From a virus (taxonomy: Duplodnaviria > Caudoviricetes): DNA of 33,282 bases. The translations under genes were made by a program, and so were the position numbers. The stretch is taken from the IMG/VR virus record IMGVR_UViG_3300005512_000175, positions 1 through 33,282 of that record. The stretch is one strand, 5' to 3'. The notes beneath the pieces are model-generated. The model was not told where the DNA came from. It saw nothing but the letters and a program-made list of their open reading frames with translations, and did no database searches. Below are positions 25,136 through 33,282 of this stretch, in pieces. Every line of letters begins with the position of its first letter. The first letter of the stretch is position 1.

Positions 25136-28100
25136 ATGTCCTTTGATCTTTTTGGAAATACTACAAGAAGAGACATTAGAGTTGGTTACATCTCTACTGA
25201 TAGGGGATTTGTATCTAATATTTCCATCTACGAAGCTAATAAGTATGCTGAGTTGAATCCTGGTACTCAGTTTGTCGTAAGTAATAGAGATAAAGTAGCA
25301 TATGTTAATATCAATGAACTGAACGATAAGAGTAAGAAAAACATAGATTTCTTTGAACCAGATAGCAATTCTTGTGATGGTTTAAATTTCAATTTAGAAA
25401 CTGAAGATATTAATGGTAAATTCAGCAACAACCATCGTGGGTTGACCATTGATTTTTTAGGTGGCGGTGGTGTTGGAGCACAAGCAAACCCAGTCATCGG
25501 TAAAGATGGTACACTGATGGCAGTGGACTTGATTCATGGTGGGTTTGGATATCAATATCCTCCTGCTGTTCAAATCACAGATCCTAGTGGTATTGGTGCT
25601 GGTGCAAGAGCATATGCTTACCTAGGTGAGTCTGCAGAGGGAGTAGAGACTTATCAGGATGAAGATTCATTTGAAGATCTAGACTTCAGTCTTTCCCCTA
25701 ACTTTTTAGTAGATAGATGGGGGCAAAGACGTGATCCAAAGGGTTTATCTGTTGGTGACTGGAATCCAGGTGATTATGCAAACATAACGACTGACCCCAT
25801 TCGTAGTGAGGTTCTAAAGTATCAGCAGTTTATAGAAAGAAAGACAATAGGTGATACTTGGTGGGACACTAGAAGGTTCATTCCACTAGAAGTAACATCA
25901 CCTGGAAGAATTAGTAGAGTCAAATATGATGTCTCTCACCCATTCTGGGGTGGCAAATATATTCCAGAAGAAAAGAATGATGGTCTCATTCAGGTGTTCT
26001 TTACCGTATATTCCCAGGGTAGTGTAAAGAATAGAGATATTCAATTTGATTTTGTATCAGAGGACGGAACGCATAAGTTCTCTGTCAAGGGTATTATTAA
26101 AAAGAACGAGAGTGATAAGCAAGTTGTTCGTATTGCAAAAGTAAAAGTCAACACAACTTATATTGTCACTTCAAGCGATAGAGGAAAGAAAGTAAAACAA
26201 ACTGGTCGTGCTATTGAGCAGGGGTTTGTTAAGAATGAATATGGTCGTGCATTAGAAACACAAAGTGCCTCACCATATGCTGGTGTTGGTCAGGTTATCT
26301 TTGCTGATCTAGTTGATTCTGTAAATGATAATGATGATATACAAATCTATACAGATCGTGGTAGATTCAAGGCAACCAATAAGAAACGTATAAAAGAGTA
26401 TTCAAAGAAAAAGCAAAAGATAAGAAAGAGAAACACCTATGACTTGACTTATAGAGTCAATCATGGCAATCCTATTAAGACACCAAGGACTTCCAAGATT
26501 AAAGACACCTTTATGAATACCTATGCGGTGTCTCCCATTCCTCCTGTAAACATTCCAGGATCTGATTTTGGTGGACAGTCATTTACCATGACTTGGTCCG
26601 AATATTTTCCATATACTGGTGACTATACTTTCAAGGGTCTTGCCGATAATGAAGCAGTTCTAACTCTTTCTGGTGGCAACACGGGTGAAGAAGTTTTTGA
26701 GAGGAAACTTGGTAGAATTAGAAGTGACGAAGCAACTAAAGAAAATTTTCCACCTAAAGAATTTACAAAAACTATACAGGAGGGTCTTTATAATATTCGT
26801 ATTGATATTCAAAACAAACCACAGTATGATAAGTTAGTCGATAAGAGTGGTGGTGAAGCAGTCTTTGATTCAATGTCTTCTAAGGATAAAGCAGACAGAG
26901 ATTTGTGGAGGATGAATCCAGTCACTACAAATAAGAAGAAGGATAAAGATTCTAACTTCTTGAATAGATATGGTGTTTGTCCGTTTGATCCAGGTAAACC
27001 ACAGGTAGAAACTGTTCCTTCAAGCATTAAGTTTGATAAAGATGGTGATAAAATTTATGTAAAGGCAGAAGGTGCTGGTCAGATTGAAGGTTTTTTTCAA
27101 TTAGAAATTGATGATAATCCAGACATTGCAGGACTAGCAGTAACAGAAGTTTCTATTGAGACTGATAATGACCTTCTTCGTATTAGAAGAGGAAGGCACG
27201 GCGATGATGGAAACTATGATACTGGTGCGTGGAGAGAGAATGATAAAAAGACTGGTAAGGGCATCTTCACAGCAGGTAAAAGGTATAGAGTAAAAGTTCT
27301 TGGTGGTGCGAAAGGTTCTGGTATTTTTGATTTTAGTGGTGATTCATTCAAGATGACTGACTCACACGGTGACGACAAAAATGCTGAGTTTGAAATCAAG
27401 AGTTTCAGATCAGTTGGTGATACGAATCAAGTTCAAGCATCTGATGATTATGCTGGTGAGCATCTAATTCGTTGGGAGAATGTAGAGTTCCCAGAGAGTG
27501 GTAACTATACTATCAAAGCACAGGCAGATGATACTGCAAGAATTTTGATTGGTAACTCTGGTAGTGGTGGACAGATTGGAGATGGTTCTGGACTTAGAGG
27601 AATTAGGCAGGGGGGAGAAGAACAAATTCTTAGAGCAGGCACTGGTTCTATCTCAGAAACAACTAGATTTTTTGAGAAGGGTAAGTATAGAATCAGAGTG
27701 GAACTGACTCAGAGACCCGGTAAGGCATTGAATAAGGGTAATCCTATGGGTATTGCCTTGAAGATTATGACTGCTAAGCAGAGAGAAACAGAAAGAATTC
27801 TTTCTGATACATCTTGGATAGAGAACCCAATGGGTGTCGCATTGACGATTGATGCACCTAAAGCACCAAAACCAAAAGAGTTACCACCTCCACAGAGAGG
27901 TAGATGTCCTAACAATCCATTATGGACAACTAGATTTACAAAGGGTCAATCTGGTGGTCGTTGGTTCCCTTGTTTCTATCCTGCTTGGTCACCTTTTATG
28001 AATCGCTATGCGATATCACCAATTGCTCCTAAGGCATCGGAAGGTAGTGCTCTGAGTGGTAATACCTGGTCAAAATCTTGGAGGGTAAAAGTTCCTTATG

Positions 28101-30811
28101 ATGGTTTCTATGGAGTCAGAGGTACTTCAGATAATAATGGTACTATCACAGTTGGTGGCGAGTCATTCAAACTAAACGGATTTAATACTGCTGATCCAGA
28201 ATTACATAAAGTTTTCCTGAGAGAAGGAAGTACAACAGTAGAAGTTGAGGTTAAAAATGAGACTCAAGAATTCTTTGAACCAAAACCAAAGGTAATTTTT
28301 GATACTGCTGACTGGACATCAGACCCAATAACTTTGACGCCGGAAAGGGTTAAAAAAGAAATTATCTGTCGTGCTGGTGGTGGTTATGGTGGAAACCGCG
28401 ATGGTGATCAAACTAAAGTTGGTAAAGTCAAAGTTGGTAAGGGTAATGAGGGTGCTCCTGGAGAAGGTGATGAGACAAGAGACGGCGGTAACGGTGGTGG
28501 TGCTGGTCTGAGAAGAGGTAAAGCACAATCTGGTAAAGGTGGTACAATTGATGGTGGTTTTGGTTCCGACGAACTTGGTCAAGAAAGAGGAACTGATGAT
28601 GAAGTAAGATCAGATGGAGACTCTGGTGGTAAAGGTGCTAGTTATGGTGGTGGCGGTGGCGGTAGCCGCAACAGGAGACCAGCAGGTAATGGTGCTGACG
28701 GTGCTGTGTATATTATTTGGGGTAGTACTGGCAAATCAGTTTTATTCAACAAACCTGGTGTCTATGAAGTTCTTGTTCCAGAATCTGCTCCTGGTAGAGA
28801 CCTAAGAACTTCTGTTAGAATGCACTGTATTGGTGGTGGTGGTTCTGGTTACACTGAAACTGATGTAGATGACACAGAGAAAATCAAAATTGGAGAAGGT
28901 AGATATGATGGAAGAGATATAGACGTATATACCGAACGTGATGTTATATCTGGTGGCGGTGGTTCTGGTGGTGCATATGCATATAACACTATGAAACTTC
29001 CAGCAAATGCTAGACTTCAGGTTGTTGTTGGTGAAGGTGGTAAAGCTTACTACACCAAAGGTTCATCAAATGGTTTCGATAGTTATGTAAAGGTATTGAA
29101 AGCAGAGTATGATCCCAAATATAGGGCAGGAAGAAAAATCAAAGGTAAGGATGGTATCAAATATACGGGACCTAACCTTGCTACTTACACAAAGAAAGGA
29201 CCACTTGCACCATATCTTTCCCCATTCCTTGTGAGTGGTAGACTTGCTACCGAAGAAGTCAATGGAAAAGTATGGACTTTTGTTTGGGATAATGTAAATT
29301 TTGAAATAGATGGTAAGTATCAAATTGATGTCGTATCAGACGACAGCGTAAATATTCTGATTGATGGAGTGAGATTCTACAGGACCAAAACTATTGGTAG
29401 TTTAGAAACAAAAATAAGAAGATTGAAACCAGGTAAAAAGCAAGTTGTAATCGAACTTACAAACTCTAACCAACCTGGTACTAACTACAACTTGAATCCA
29501 GTCTATGTTGGTATGCAAATCAAGGCATTGGTTCCTGAGCAGACTGAAGACCCTAGATCTTGGACAGAAAATCCAGTGGGTGTATCTGCTATGTTGATAC
29601 CACCACCTTGTCCAAAGATACTTGGCGGTGTTGGTATTATCACTTCAGTCGTACCTGTTAATCCAGGAACAGGTTATACAGTTCCTACTGGTCCTGGTTA
29701 TTCTGGTATTATTGAATTGGTTGATATTGATATTATTGAACCTGGTATCAATTACGATCCTAATGATCCAGTTATATTCATTCCACCTCCATTTGAACCC
29801 TTAGAACCCATTCCTCCCCTGAATGTTCCCAATCCTCCTCCTTTTAGAGAACCAACTGATACTGGCGATACAACTCAACCAGATTTTAGACGAATTTCTA
29901 TAACTCCTCCGATTATAGTCAATCCAGATGAACCCGGCAACCCTTCAAGTGGTACAAACCCGCCACCTCCTGGCGTACCAGTTGATGGCGGTGGTGCTGG
30001 CGGCACTGGTGATTCTGGTAGTGGCACTGGTGGTGGTGGTGATGTAGCAGTACCAGATCCAACAATTCCAACCACACGTCCTGGTGGTCCTGATGGTGTT
30101 GCCACTGGCGGAACTGGTCCAGTTGATGGTGGTAGTGGTGGACCTGGTCTTGCTCCTGGTGATGGTGGTTCTATCATTGCACCTGGCGGTCAGGTTGTTG
30201 ACCCCGGTGGTCCTGGTGGTACTGCACCTGCAGGAACAACTGTTGTTCTACCTGGTGGTGCTGTTCCTATCGGTGCTGGTGGTGTTATAACTAATCCAAG
30301 CGATCCTAATGATATACCTGGTTCTGGTGCGGCAATCGTTCCTAATGATGCTGCTCTCGGTGCTGTTGTTCAAATTGTTACTGGACCTTTTGGCAGAATC
30401 ATTGCTGCTAATGTTCTAGCACCAGGCAGAGGTTTCACTGCTACACCAACAATCAAGGTTTTATCTAATACAGGTGTGAACGCTGTTCTCCGACCAATCT
30501 TTAGACTGGTTAGAGATCCTCTTGGTGTTGACCCAAGCAGACTTATTCAAGTCACTGACTTGGTTGGTTTGAAGCAGACAGGTTATGTAAATGGTCGTGC
30601 GTATTATGGTCAAGTATTCTTCAAGAATGGATTCAAATATGCAGGCGTCTATGAAACTGTTGGTCAACTTGTACAAGTATACGATACTCTTGCCGAAAGT
30701 ATTGCTGGTAGAGTCACCACACCTCCATCTGCAATCCTCAGACAGGGTACTGATATACAAAATAATCTGTCTCAACTCAATATTCCTGACACCCCACAAG
30801 ACTTACAATAA
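25136..30811 (+). CDS. Large virion structural protein, 1891 aa, with about four PA14-like repeats, a Gly-rich domain and a Pro/Gly-rich linker
   Basis: Repeated W...FP..G.Y.....DN/DD motifs; SW.ENP.GV appears twice; GGGGSGG domain; lies in the baseplate cluster. Confidence 0.75.
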   Translation: MSFDLFGNTTRRDIRVGYISTDRGFVSNISIYEANKYAELNPGTQFVVSNRDKVAYVNINELNDKSKKNIDFFEPDSNSCDGLNFNLETEDINGKFSNNHRGLTIDFLGGGGVGAQANPVIGKDGTLMAVDLIHGGFGYQYPPAVQITDPSGIGAGARAYAYLGESAEGVETYQDEDSFEDLDFSLSPNFLVDRWGQRRDPKGLSVGDWNPGDYANITTDPIRSEVLKYQQFIERKTIGDTWWDTRRFIPLEVTSPGRISRVKYDVSHPFWGGKYIPEEKNDGLIQVFFTVYSQGSVKNRDIQFDFVSEDGTHKFSVKGIIKKNESDKQVVRIAKVKVNTTYIVTSSDRGKKVKQTGRAIEQGFVKNEYGRALETQSASPYAGVGQVIFADLVDSVNDNDDIQIYTDRGRFKATNKKRIKEYSKKKQKIRKRNTYDLTYRVNHGNPIKTPRTSKIKDTFMNTYAVSPIPPVNIPGSDFGGQSFTMTWSEYFPYTGDYTFKGLADNEAVLTLSGGNTGEEVFERKLGRIRSDEATKENFPPKEFTKTIQEGLYNIRIDIQNKPQYDKLVDKSGGEAVFDSMSSKDKADRDLWRMNPVTTNKKKDKDSNFLNRYGVCPFDPGKPQVETVPSSIKFDKDGDKIYVKAEGAGQIEGFFQLEIDDNPDIAGLAVTEVSIETDNDLLRIRRGRHGDDGNYDTGAWRENDKKTGKGIFTAGKRYRVKVLGGAKGSGIFDFSGDSFKMTDSHGDDKNAEFEIKSFRSVGDTNQVQASDDYAGEHLIRWENVEFPESGNYTIKAQADDTARILIGNSGSGGQIGDGSGLRGIRQGGEEQILRAGTGSISETTRFFEKGKYRIRVELTQRPGKALNKGNPMGIALKIMTAKQRETERILSDTSWIENPMGVALTIDAPKAPKPKELPPPQRGRCPNNPLWTTRFTKGQSGGRWFPCFYPAWSPFMNRYAISPIAPKASEGSALSGNTWSKSWRVKVPYDGFYGVRGTSDNNGTITVGGESFKLNGFNTADPELHKVFLREGSTTVEVEVKNETQEFFEPKPKVIFDTADWTSDPITLTPERVKKEIICRAGGGYGGNRDGDQTKVGKVKVGKGNEGAPGEGDETRDGGNGGGAGLRRGKAQSGKGGTIDGGFGSDELGQERGTDDEVRSDGDSGGKGASYGGGGGGSRNRRPAGNGADGAVYIIWGSTGKSVLFNKPGVYEVLVPESAPGRDLRTSVRMHCIGGGGSGYTETDVDDTEKIKIGEGRYDGRDIDVYTERDVISGGGGSGGAYAYNTMKLPANARLQVVVGEGGKAYYTKGSSNGFDSYVKVLKAEYDPKYRAGRKIKGKDGIKYTGPNLATYTKKGPLAPYLSPFLVSGRLATEEVNGKVWTFVWDNVNFEIDGKYQIDVVSDDSVNILIDGVRFYRTKTIGSLETKIRRLKPGKKQVVIELTNSNQPGTNYNLNPVYVGMQIKALVPEQTEDPRSWTENPVGVSAMLIPPPCPKILGGVGIITSVVPVNPGTGYTVPTGPGYSGIIELVDIDIIEPGINYDPNDPVIFIPPPFEPLEPIPPLNVPNPPPFREPTDTGDTTQPDFRRISITPPIIVNPDEPGNPSSGTNPPPPGVPVDGGGAGGTGDSGSGTGGGGDVAVPDPTIPTTRPGGPDGVATGGTGPVDGGSGGPGLAPGDGGSIIAPGGQVVDPGGPGGTAPAGTTVVLPGGAVPIGAGGVITNPSDPNDIPGSGAAIVPNDAALGAVVQIVTGPFGRIIAANVLAPGRGFTATPTIKVLSNTGVNAVLRPIFRLVRDPLGVDPSRLIQVTDLVGLKQTGYVNGRAYYGQVFFKNGFKYAGVYETVGQLVQVYDTLAESIAGRVTTPPSAILRQGTDIQNNLSQLNIPDTPQDLQ

Positions 30812-31440
30812 TGGCACAACAGAAACACTCATTTCCAAATAGATTACCTAGTGGAGAGTTTGCATCATGTGACGCAAACTATACAGCAATTCGTTACGGT
30901 AATGACCACGGTTCAATTCGCTTTGGTCATATTCATGAGAAAGCAGATGTAACATCATCGGTGCTGCTTCAGGCACAAGATGGTCGTCAGATGCTAACAA
31001 TGGATGAGACTGGACATCGAAAAGGATGGACATCTATCACCGCGCCCGCTAATTTTTCTGTTAGGTGTGGTGAAGATAATGATGAGGGGATGGACACCTT
31101 GTTTTTAAACGCATTGAATGGTAATATAGTAATCAATGCAGAGAATGGTAAAATTCGGATGCAGGCTACTGATATTGAATTATTATCAACAGGTGCGGGT
31201 ACAGGAAAAGGTAACATTCGTATTGATGCTAGTGAAAATCTAACATTAGATGCTAAACAAATTTCTATCAATGCTAAATCTTCATACAGATTAGCATCAC
31301 CTGGGATAGGAGAAGTCGTTGCTAACGCACAGTTACAAATCTATGGGTCTGTAATTCGTGGTGTTACTGATGCTTGTACAATAAAGGACTCCAAAAATAA
31401 CCATCAGAGAGTTCAGCAAAAGAATACTCAAACAGTATAG
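30811..31440 (+). CDS. Beta-strand-rich structural protein, gp5 C-terminal/spike-like
   Basis: NALNGNIVINAENGKIRMQATDIEL...IDASENLTLDAKQISINA, a beta-helix-like periodicity. Confidence 0.55.
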   Translation: MAQQKHSFPNRLPSGEFASCDANYTAIRYGNDHGSIRFGHIHEKADVTSSVLLQAQDGRQMLTMDETGHRKGWTSITAPANFSVRCGEDNDEGMDTLFLNALNGNIVINAENGKIRMQATDIELLSTGAGTGKGNIRIDASENLTLDAKQISINAKSSYRLASPGIGEVVANAQLQIYGSVIRGVTDACTIKDSKNNHQRVQQKNTQTV

Positions 31441-31447
31441 GAGAAAA

Positions 31448-32221
31448 ATGGCTTTTGGTTTTGATGATTTACAAATAGGTGGTCAGCTTAGAGTAGGTAT
31501 GGGCATATGTCCTGCCATCAAGGAAGGAAATTCTAAAATCAATGGTTCAGCACATATTGAAGGACCAATGGTTGTTGGTAGTGGATTACATTTTCCAACT
31601 CCTTATGCTACCTTGATGGTTGGTCCTAATACCAACATTGACCCAGATAATACACCAACTACAGTTCCTGGTGCATTGTGTCAAGGTATTAGTCCACCAT
31701 ACTCTTTGGCAGTGTCTGCTAATGCTGCTATTATGGGCAACCTTGATGTAAACTTCCGCATTCAGTGTGGTGGTTTGATTGTTGCTGGTGCTGACGTTGT
31801 ATCGCAGTGTGGTAGACACTGGTTGTCTGCAAAGAAAGACTTTGATATTACACACCCAACTAAAGATGGTTGGAGACTGCGTCACGTTGCTCCAGAAGGT
31901 CCTTCTGCAGATGTATACTATCGTGGTAGAGTATCTAACAAAAAAGAGATTCAACTACCAGATTATTGGAGAGAGTTAGTTGACCCAACAACAATTACAG
32001 TCAACCTAACTCCTATCGGAGCACATCAAAATGTAATTGTTAAAGGGATTACAGGTAATAAAGTTCTCTTACAGTCTAACAGTGGTATTCCTATCAACTG
32101 CTACTTTCATATATACGGTGAGCGTCAGGACTGTGAGAGAAACATTCCAGAGTATGAAGGAAAGTCTCCAAGAGATTATCCAGGAGATAATTCAGAGTAC
32201 TTACAATCAGGTCAAGTTTAG
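31448..32221 (+). CDS. Structural protein with C-terminal K.F.I.HP...RL.H...EGP...VY.RG domain
   Basis: GGAG SD; C-terminal domain shared with the next gene. Confidence 0.75.
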   Translation: MAFGFDDLQIGGQLRVGMGICPAIKEGNSKINGSAHIEGPMVVGSGLHFPTPYATLMVGPNTNIDPDNTPTTVPGALCQGISPPYSLAVSANAAIMGNLDVNFRIQCGGLIVAGADVVSQCGRHWLSAKKDFDITHPTKDGWRLRHVAPEGPSADVYYRGRVSNKKEIQLPDYWRELVDPTTITVNLTPIGAHQNVIVKGITGNKVLLQSNSGIPINCYFHIYGERQDCERNIPEYEGKSPRDYPGDNSEYLQSGQV

Positions 32222-32230
32222 AGGTAAAAT

Positions 32231-32974
32231 ATGGCAGATGATTTAGGCATTTCACCAGGACAACCAGAAGATGCTAATTTCCCCGGTGAATTTATTCCGT
32301 CGCAAAGAAGAGAGTGTGAAGACTTTCACTATGCTGGTGGTTGGGGAAGACCAACAAGCACTCACGAATATATTTGGTATGGTAATCTAAGTAAAGATGA
32401 CTACCCAAATGAAGCATGTACTCCTTGGTATCATAGACTAGCAAGAATCAATAGTCTTCAAATCATAAACCCAGGTGAGTCTGGTAATACTGCTGGTATC
32501 ACAGGTTCTGGTGGTATTGCTATTACAGGCAATGTATTTTGTAACAACTTGACATCTACTGCTACTGTTAGTGCTGTCACCATTTCATCAACATTTAAAC
32601 CATTTAATATACCTCATCCAACACAAGAAGGAAAACGATTAGTTCATGCCTCTCTTGAGGGACCAGAAAACGGTGTTTATCAACGTGGTCGTTTGACTAA
32701 CAAAAATGTTATTGAATTACCAGAATACTGGAGAGGTCTTGTTGATCCAGAAAGCATTTCAGTAAATCTTACTCAAATTGGTAAGTCTCAAGATTTAATT
32801 ATTGAATCAATTGAATGGGGAACTAGAGTAAGGATAAAATCTGGAAATGGAACCGACATTGATTGTTTCTACACTGTTTATGGAACACGTAAAGACGTAG
32901 GACCTTTGCCTGTTGTCATGGAGGAAGGAGAGGAGTGGCCATATAAAGATCTGGCACCTGCCAAGTTCTATTGA
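32231..32974 (+). CDS. Paralogous structural protein with the same C-terminal domain
   Basis: GAGG SD; KPFNIPHP..GKRLVHASLEGPENGVYQRG...LPEYW.GLVDP. Confidence 0.75.
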   Translation: MADDLGISPGQPEDANFPGEFIPSQRRECEDFHYAGGWGRPTSTHEYIWYGNLSKDDYPNEACTPWYHRLARINSLQIINPGESGNTAGITGSGGIAITGNVFCNNLTSTATVSAVTISSTFKPFNIPHPTQEGKRLVHASLEGPENGVYQRGRLTNKNVIELPEYWRGLVDPESISVNLTQIGKSQDLIIESIEWGTRVRIKSGNGTDIDCFYTVYGTRKDVGPLPVVMEEGEEWPYKDLAPAKFY

Positions 32975-33015
32975 CCAAATCTGTGCTATGATATCGGAGT
33001 AATCAAGCAAACCAC

Positions 33016-33195
33016 ATGGAAGAGTATCTCTCTAAGGTCATCATCGACCCTATGAAATGGAAAATCTCATTGTACTCAGACCAAGGCAGTGAGAAGGTCG
33101 TGGACTTTGATAACATGAATACCTTTCTTGACCTAGTTCAGTTTGTTCGTGAAGAAGCAAGCGAAGACGTGATTGAGTATGCTTCTCCTCTCTGA
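33016..33195 (+). CDS. Conserved hypothetical protein, 59 aa (MEEYLSKVIIDPMKWKISLYSDQGSEKVVDF...), not in the ORF track
   Basis: Open ATG-to-TGA frame; TGC-TATGAT extended -10-like sequence upstream. Confidence 0.7.
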   Translation: MEEYLSKVIIDPMKWKISLYSDQGSEKVVDFDNMNTFLDLVQFVREEASEDVIEYASPL

Positions 33196-33267
33196 GGGAA
33201 AATTGACTTTTGTTTCCAAAAATCGGGGCAAAAAAATCCCGCCAAAAATTGCCCTATTAAGTTTTTT
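33196..33267 (+). repeat. A-tract/GC-block intergenic element, related to 8906-8960
   Basis: TTTTGTTTCCAAAAATCGGGGCAAAAAAATCCCGCCAAAAATTGCCCTATT..TTTTTT then ATG. Confidence 0.55.
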
Positions 33268-33282
33268 ATGATTAATTATTCG

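Noticed and set aside
29770-30340. Collagen-like repeat or foreign insertion
   Set aside because: No sustained Gly-X-Y period; the GC rise is explained by Gly/Pro codons in a continuous frame
33196-33267. Intrinsically bent DNA from helically phased A-tracts
   Set aside because: Tract spacing is about 13 nt rather than 10-11, so simple curvature is not supported; the element is kept as an unexplained repeat

Overview
This window comes from a T4-like marine cyanomyovirus (Kyanoviridae-type; the host is probably Synechococcus or Prochlorococcus, which is an inference). Bases 1-6.3 kb are an accessory/early region of small ORFs separated by repeated terminator-promoter cassettes. This part also holds a glutaredoxin, speD, and a tandem glutamine-riboswitch-like RNA upstream of a DUF4278-type YRGV peptide that the ORF track missed. 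Bases 6.3-11 kb are the core replication/transcription block: thyX, phoH, a PD-(D/E)XK exonuclease, gp33, gp59, DUF1825 and gp32. Bases 11-13.8 kb on the minus strand hold gp53, gp48, a gp2-like gene and gp4. Bases 13.8-33 kb are the baseplate/tail cluster: a gp19/54-like gene, gp26, gp51, two paralogous tape-measure-like proteins carrying peptidoglycan-hydrolase domains, a hub protein, CP12, gp5, a 1891-aa PA14/Gly-rich protein, a gp5-C-like protein, and two paralogs sharing a C-terminal domain. The most notable signals are (i) a T-TTT-TTC slippery site that would fuse gp26 to gp51 by -1 frameshift just upstream of the tape-measure-like gene, (ii) an interlocked double glutamine aptamer with an anti-SD expression platform, (iii) PeSL-like cassettes, one converted from an early to a late promoter, and (iv) repeat-bounded hydrolase cargo in the tape-measure-like proteins. 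All family calls come from motif recognition and synteny; no database search was run.
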